From Candidatus Bathyarchaeia archaeon (GTDB lineage Archaea; Thermoproteota; Bathyarchaeia; Bathyarchaeales; Bathycorpusculaceae), in contig JAVYWL010000003.1 in NCBI GenBank assembly GCA_038727135.1, positions 169,633 to 233,632 on the forward strand: a DNA stretch of 64,000 nt, in the 5' to 3' direction. Under the pieces are notes generated by a model. It was not told where the DNA came from. It saw nothing but the letters and a program-made list of their open reading frames with translations, and ran no database searches. A program made the position numbers and the translations under genes. Below, piece after piece: positions 58,492 to 64,000 of the stretch (position 1 is the first letter of the stretch; each line of letters begins with the position of its first letter).

Positions 58492-59049
58492 ATGCTGAGG
58501 CTGAAGTCGTCACGTTCGCTAATGCTTGCCTTGGCTTTAAGTACTCTATACTCTTTAGGAGTCGGCTTGCTTGGTCCAATATATCCCATATTTGTTGTTA
58601 ACCGCTTTTCAGCCACAATAATGGATGTAGGCTTTTTATACGCGCTCTTCTGCGGGGTTGCCGCCCTATTCAAGGTGGCTGCTGGAAGGCTTGCAGACGC
58701 CTATGGCAAGGAGCGCATATTCTCAATCGGGGTCTTAATGGGCGCCATATGCTCTTTAAGCTATATTTACGTGCCAAACATAACCGGCCTATACATAATC
58801 GAATTCTTGTTCGGCATCTCCTATGCACTGCAGCGTCCATCCCTACTGGCTTTAATAGTGGACTTGGGCGAAAAGAAGAGAAGCGGAACAATGCTTGGAA
58901 TCTTCGAATCCATATACGACATAACCGAGGCGGCTGCAGCCCTACTAGCCACAATCATTGCCACGAAAGTCGGCTTTGAAGCACTTTTCTATATATGCTC
59001 GGGATGCCAAGCCACAACAGGAATCTTCATCTTGAAATACAAACGTTAA
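58492..59049 (+). CDS. Half-length (about 6 TM) MFS-type protein
   Basis: MFS motif A GRLADAYGKE; about 185 aa from ATG 58492 with AGGAGG SD. Confidence 0.75.
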   Translation: MLRLKSSRSLMLALALSTLYSLGVGLLGPIYPIFVVNRFSATIMDVGFLYALFCGVAALFKVAAGRLADAYGKERIFSIGVLMGAICSLSYIYVPNITGLYIIEFLFGISYALQRPSLLALIVDLGEKKRSGTMLGIFESIYDITEAAAALLATIIATKVGFEALFYICSGCQATTGIFILKYKR

Positions 59050-59101
59050 AGTTATTATTTTGTGTGGGCTTAATGCTGAATGAGTTAGGCTAGCCCTTTG
59101 A

Positions 59102-59174
59102 AGCCCGGTGGTGTAGCGGTCAAGCATGGGGGCCTCTGGAGCCCCTGACGGGAGTTCGAATCTCCCCCGGGCTA
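59102..59174 (+). tRNA. tRNA-Gln(CTG)
   Basis: AGCCCGG acceptor; anticodon arm GGGGC-CTCTGGA-GCCCC; GTTCGAATC. Confidence 0.95.
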
Positions 59175-59182
59175 CTATCCTT

Positions 59183-59863
59183 TTAATGGCGTTTATGCGC
59201 TTTCATTATATCCTTATGATAATTGCTGTAGAGGGCTATGACCGGGTTATGTCCCAAAAGCCTATCCTTAACTATTAGGGTTGTCACCGGAGCCTTCGAA
59301 TACATTGTGAAGAGCATGTCGTGGCCAACGCATAAGCCGACGATGATGTTTATGTCTGTTCCGGCCTCGTTTAAGATTTGGGCTTGAACTATGGGGTTGC
59401 ATGCAGCCTCAAACTCGGATGGACTGCCAATCTTGTATTCTCCGGCTACGCTGAGTTCTGTCTTATCAACGGCTCCGCATTTACATCTGACCGATGCCAC
59501 TGTGAATCCGGCATCTTCAAGAAAAGCCACTGTTCTGGAAGCCTCGTCTTGAAGACCGGCGCAGAAGGCCACCCCAAGCTTTTTGGCGCGGATTAGTTTG
59601 GCGAATTCTATGATTTCTTTGATTCTTGGGCGTACAGCCATCAAAACGCCCCTAACATTTTCGTAGGCTTCTTTCTCCGTTATTGTGGCTGAGACATAAA
59701 TTCTCTTAACGTTGTCTTCGCTGTATATTGCGATTGCCGTCCTAATTGTTTCTTTGCTGTTTTTCATGGGACAAAAGCTTGGAAGCAGCTTGTCGTCTAC
59801 CTTTTCCAGCGGCATGCGGCTACAGTAAAAGCTTGAGCATTTGGCACATTGTGGGTAAATCAT
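59183..59863 (-). CDS. DUF1847-family Cys-rich protein
   Basis: PRIKEIIEFA, AFCAGL, CKCG, CNPIVQA, GLCVGHD, KDRLLGHNP. Confidence 0.85.
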   Translation of the reverse strand: MIYPQCAKCSSFYCSRMPLEKVDDKLLPSFCPMKNSKETIRTAIAIYSEDNVKRIYVSATITEKEAYENVRGVLMAVRPRIKEIIEFAKLIRAKKLGVAFCAGLQDEASRTVAFLEDAGFTVASVRCKCGAVDKTELSVAGEYKIGSPSEFEAACNPIVQAQILNEAGTDINIIVGLCVGHDMLFTMYSKAPVTTLIVKDRLLGHNPVIALYSNYHKDIMKAHKRH

Positions 59864-59959
59864 GGCGAACTCCCCTTAACGTTGGCAGATTAAATAGTGC
59901 TTTTTATAACGTTTTTCTTTCAGGAGTAAATCATGGTTGGAAGACTTTATGAAACGCGC

Positions 59960-60331
59960 CTATTCTATTCCCCATTTCTTGGTTAGCTTGACTATTAGGA
60001 AGACCACGAAAGCCACTATGAGGAATGTTATTAGGGCGCCTGCAAAGTGTCCGATTCGGAAAGGCCCCAAAACAAAGGCTTCCCATTCCACGCCTGGCAG
60101 CACCAGTGATATTATTGGCATTATTAGGTCTCCTACAAGTGCCTGAACGAGTGTGCCGAGGTACAAGCCTAAAATGAAGGCTACTGCCATTCCCATAACC
60201 TTGTATTTTGATATGAAGTCTATGAACTCGTTCCATAGGCCTTTCTTTGGCGGTGGGGCTGGTTTGGGCTCTAATAGGGCTTTTATTTCCTTCAAAACTT
60301 GTAGTATTTCTTCATCTTTAGATTTAGACAT
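59960..60331 (-). CDS. mscL: Large-conductance mechanosensitive channel
   Basis: EFIDFISKYKVMGMAVAFILG, LVGDLIMP, G.FAGALITFLIVAFV. Confidence 0.88.
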   Translation of the reverse strand: MSKSKDEEILQVLKEIKALLEPKPAPPPKKGLWNEFIDFISKYKVMGMAVAFILGLYLGTLVQALVGDLIMPIISLVLPGVEWEAFVLGPFRIGHFAGALITFLIVAFVVFLIVKLTKKWGIE

Positions 60332-60456
60332 TTATTCACCGTTCTGTTTTCTATCTGTTAGTTGGGGATTTAACACTTGCTATTGAGCGAAGGCTCAAAA
60401 GTTTTAACTATGTTGCATGCAAATAAGTGGTTTGTTAAGTGTTTGGAGGTGAATTT

Positions 60457-60648
60457 TTGAGCGGAAAGGAAAAGAAGAAGGAAGAGGGGAAAGGCAAGGC
60501 TGAGGCTGTTGCTGAAAAGACAGGGGAAGTTGTAGGTAAGGGTATAAAGAAAGGCTTTGGAATTGTTAAGGGGGTTGGTAAAGGCTTAGTTAAAGGGGTT
60601 AAGGGCGAAGAGAAAGAGAGGAAGGAAAAGGAAAAAGAGAAACAATAG
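60457..60648 (+). CDS. Small Lys/Gly/Glu-rich protein with an amphipathic repeat
   Basis: GGAGGTGA SD before TTG; EKTGEVVGKGIKKGFGIVKGVGKGLVKGVKG. Confidence 0.65.
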   Translation: MSGKEKKKEEGKGKAEAVAEKTGEVVGKGIKKGFGIVKGVGKGLVKGVKGEEKERKEKEKEKQ

Positions 60649-60674
60649 CACTGGAAAAGGCAAATCTTCTGTTA

Positions 60675-60893
60675 GTGTCGTGTAAATTGGGCAAAAGGTC
60701 AGAGTTTTCTTGGAAGATGTTGCTGGCGGCCTTAGTTCTCATAGTGGTGGGTGTGCTGCTTATGTTGCAAAGTGCTAATATGCTTTTTGAAATGAATCCC
60801 CTGTCAGTTTTTGTTATGGGTTTAGCTGCTGTTTTGGTTTTTGCAGGCGTTGCTTTTATTGTTTTGGCTGTTGCGGCTTCAGCATCCATTTAA
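60675..60893 (+). CDS. Small two-TM membrane protein
   Basis: Two hydrophobic helices. Confidence 0.5.
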   Translation: MSCKLGKRSEFSWKMLLAALVLIVVGVLLMLQSANMLFEMNPLSVFVMGLAAVLVFAGVAFIVLAVAASASI

Positions 60894-61759
60894 GAGCTGT
60901 TTCCGTTATATTTTATTAGCCACGTGCCATCGCATGTTGCCGTGTTTAAGCCTTTTAAGCCTTCTCGACATGTGGCAAATTTAACCCCATACTTTTTCGC
61001 TAGGCTTGCCAGATTCTCCATGAGCTTAAGCCTCAAAGTTTTTGGCAGGTAGGTGTATCGCCCCAATTTTTCGCCTTTCTCAAAGTAGAGGGGTTTAAGT
61101 TTTTCAGCTGTTTTTGGCATTGTTAGGCTTAGTCTTTGCCAGTTGTCCGCCTTAACCTTGTATGTGGAGGCTGTTATGTGCCTAACGCCTATTTCTGCCA
61201 ATGCCTTAACAAGGGTTTCCGGGTTTTCGTTTATGTATGGGATTATTGGGTCTATGCGGACAGCCACCGACACGCTCTTCTCAACAAGCCTTTCAACGGT
61301 TTTCAGCCTCTCCGATGGCAGAGGGGCGTTTGGCTCTAGGATTTTGGCTGTTTCTTCATCATCAGTCGTTATTGTCACCGCCACCATGGAGGGCACCCGC
61401 TTGAGAAGGTCTATGTCCCTAAAAACAATATTCGACTTTGTAATTATCTGGATTCTGCAGTTTTGCCGCGTTAAGATTTCCAAGCAACGCCTCGTTAAGC
61501 CCATTTCTGCCTCAACCGTAGGATAAGGGTCTGAAGAATTAGCAATAGAAATTAATTCGCCCTTAAGTTTGGCCGCCTCCCGCTCTAACCGTTGTAGCAA
61601 ATCCTTTTTCGGTCTGCAATCATAAAATCGTGGTATATAGCTGGAAGCATAACAGTACACGCACCTATGGTCACATCCAGTGTAAGGGTTAAAGGTCAGT
61701 TTAGGCGGGCATGTGCAGAGGGGCGAACGCCAAGGATCAAACCGCGTGAGTAAGTTCAA
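60890..61759 (-). CDS. Radical SAM protein (spore-photoproduct-lyase-like)
   Basis: NPYTGCDHRCVYCYA, SSDPYP, ITKS, RIDPIIP. Confidence 0.9.
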   Translation of the reverse strand: MNLLTRFDPWRSPLCTCPPKLTFNPYTGCDHRCVYCYASSYIPRFYDCRPKKDLLQRLEREAAKLKGELISIANSSDPYPTVEAEMGLTRRCLEILTRQNCRIQIITKSNIVFRDIDLLKRVPSMVAVTITTDDEETAKILEPNAPLPSERLKTVERLVEKSVSVAVRIDPIIPYINENPETLVKALAEIGVRHITASTYKVKADNWQRLSLTMPKTAEKLKPLYFEKGEKLGRYTYLPKTLRLKLMENLASLAKKYGVKFATCREGLKGLNTATCDGTWLIKYNGNSS

Positions 61760-61847
61760 TGGTTGTGGGGGCCTCGCGATTTGTTACTATAAGTTTTGTG
61801 TCTGTTCTTTCTTGTAAAATTTTTATGTGAAAAGCCTTAAAAATGTG

Positions 61848-61950
61848 CGCCCATGTGCCTAAGAAGGATTTGACGCTTGTCATTGGGAATGAGCATTTTA
61901 GGCATGTTAGGTCTGTGAAGAAAGAGTTTAAGATGGAACTTGTAAAATAA
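61848..61950 (+). pseudogene. Remnant of a PIN/VapC C-terminus
   Basis: AMCLRR / DLTLVIGNEHFRHV across a frameshift, resembling the IAA.C....LTLVT.D.HF pattern. Confidence 0.35.
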
Positions 61951-61965
61951 TTGTTAGGGTTGGGT

Positions 61966-62631
61966 TTGGGTAGATTTTGGGATGAAGTATACCATCTTTT
62001 TGAAAATAAGATAAGCTTCGACGATTTTACAGCGAAGGTTAAATCCCTACCTAACGAAAAGAAAGATGAATTTTGTTGAAGCATGTTTTTCATATGAACA
62101 AGCCTTAAAATGTGAGAAGTGTGAACCTAATGTTGCCATGCTGCTTCTTTGCACTTGTGCAGATGCAATAAAAATTACTAACAAAAAGGCTCCCCGTGAA
62201 AATTTCACCCGTTTCTATCAGACTTACTGCCCAAATGAATTAAAGGGGGACATACCCATTGAACGTTATAACCCATGGGGAGAAATTCAACCTTCAAAAG
62301 CATCCTTCGAAGAAGCACTCCACCTGGTTTACGAACGTTTTAGAAATCCCTTCGTTCATGAAGCAAAAGATGGTTTGAAGAAGATTCTGGAAGTTTACAG
62401 AAATGGGCAAAAATGAATGTACCAATAAGCATCTGCGAAACCAGCAGGATAGAGGCATTTGAAAAAGATAGCAAAGCCACGTTGTATTACGGCGACAAGA
62501 TGTATCATATAGATATTAACAAACTTCTTGATTGGTTTAAAAAAGCTACTCTTGAAAGCCTCTACAACTTCTTAATGGAAAATCCGGACCAATCAAAAGA
62601 GAGAAACGGCCCCCCCCCGCAAACGAGATGA
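61966..62631 (+). pseudogene. HEPN-like protein broken into three frames
   Basis: Pieces 61966-62079, 62066-62416 (RNPFVH, an Rx4H motif) and 62413-62631; junctions at a T4 and an A5 run. Confidence 0.55.
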
Positions 62632-62857
62632 ATCATCCCCATAAATTTAAGGAAATCTATATAGGGGCTAGGCTGCTATTGGCTTATTCTGCAGCCAAAA
62701 ATAGATAGAGGGGTATCCAATTTAGCAACAAAACAAGCCATAAAATTGACCTCCACCCTTTAACAAAACGCCACAATTCTGGAAATTCTATAAAGGGAGG
62801 GGGGTAGACACCTTACACGCCTCTCAGCAACCATTTTCCAGCACAAAAACTATGAGG

Positions 62858-63118
62858 TTAATAGGCAGCTTTTCTCGGCAACACCGCATAAACAATTATT
62901 TTTCTCTCAGCTTCTAGTTCAAACAAAACCCGGTATTTGCCTACACGCAGCCTATAATGGTTCTTGTAACCCCGCAGCTTAACAACATCGAGCTTCCGTG
63001 AAAAACCCTCATCCCTCAAAACACGCAAAGCCTCAACAATCCTATCACGAGTATTCTTGTCAAGTTTTTCAAGCTGTTTAGAAGCCTTCTTTTCCAAAAA
63101 GACATGGTATTTTGGCAA
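62858..63118 (-). CDS. relE: RelE/ParE-family toxin
   Basis: KQLEKLD, KLRG, YRLRVGKYRVLF, PRKAAY. Confidence 0.92.
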   Translation of the reverse strand: MPKYHVFLEKKASKQLEKLDKNTRDRIVEALRVLRDEGFSRKLDVVKLRGYKNHYRLRVGKYRVLFELEAERKIIVYAVLPRKAAY

Positions 63119-63123
63119 AACGA

Positions 63124-63339
63124 CTATTTCCCCTTCTCAAAATCTTCTAAAGGTAGCAGCTCCACCCTTCCCTTTTCTTTAGCTTTCATGTAAGCCTTAA
63201 CAGCTTTAACCTCATCCTCTGATGGCTCTTCCACACCAATAAGCCTCTCCTCAACAATCTCCTCTAAACGCTCAACCTTCTCACGAACAAGCCTAACCTC
63301 CTTCAAAACCTCTTCCAAAACACCTCCAGACATAAACAA
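63124..63339 (-). CDS. Cognate antitoxin (acidic, RelB-like)
   Basis: Small acidic ORF directly upstream of relE; EEPSEDE. Confidence 0.75.
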   Translation of the reverse strand: MFMSGGVLEEVLKEVRLVREKVERLEEIVEERLIGVEEPSEDEVKAVKAYMKAKEKGRVELLPLEDFEKGK

Positions 63340-63539
63340 CCCTCACATACAATTCACCTCTACAAACTTAACCTTTTCTCCAAAACAAAAACTATGGAGA
63401 GGCCTACCAATTTTGCAGATTCACGCCCTTAACAAAATTGACATTTTAAAAGGCTAAAAGCTAAGCCATGCATAGGCCCAATCTTCGCCTTCAGCTTTTT
63501 CTCACGGCCAGAATATCGTCCAGACACCGCTTTATGCGC

Positions 63540-64000
<461 letters not shown>

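Noticed and set aside
57803-58579. 258-aa minus-strand ORF
   Set aside because: Antisense shadow of the USP gene; no recognisable motifs
62636-62810. Imperfect inverted repeats and a G-run that might be mobile-element ends
   Set aside because: No transposase or integrase, no target-site duplication, and weak pairing

Overview
Archaeal chromosome window, most consistent with Bathyarchaeia/TACK (eL38, eL13 and eL15 genes, archaeal Cdh-type CODH/ACS, class I CCA enzyme, geranylgeranyl reductase). In order it contains: the cdhABCDE acetyl-CoA decarbonylase/synthase operon with two CooC maturases; a vapBC pair; two deoxyhypusine-synthase-family genes in tandem; a pterin/F420-ligase/MetF-like cluster; a complete type IV pilus locus with a large Ig-repeat surface protein; a probable S-layer gene next to a glycosylation island; housekeeping genes (AsnA/Lrp, GGR, Dph6, rpl15e-rpl13e-RNase P, ThpR-CCA, DinB, MscL); three tRNAs; a C/D-box guide RNA; a decayed toxin cluster; and the 3' end of 23S rRNA. 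The most notable observations are a C/D guide whose two arms both target the peptidyl-transferase centre, three pilin-like proteins that lack a class III leader, a CofE paralog in a pterin/folate context, and a structured eL15 leader. All calls come from motif recognition by eye; no database searches were run.
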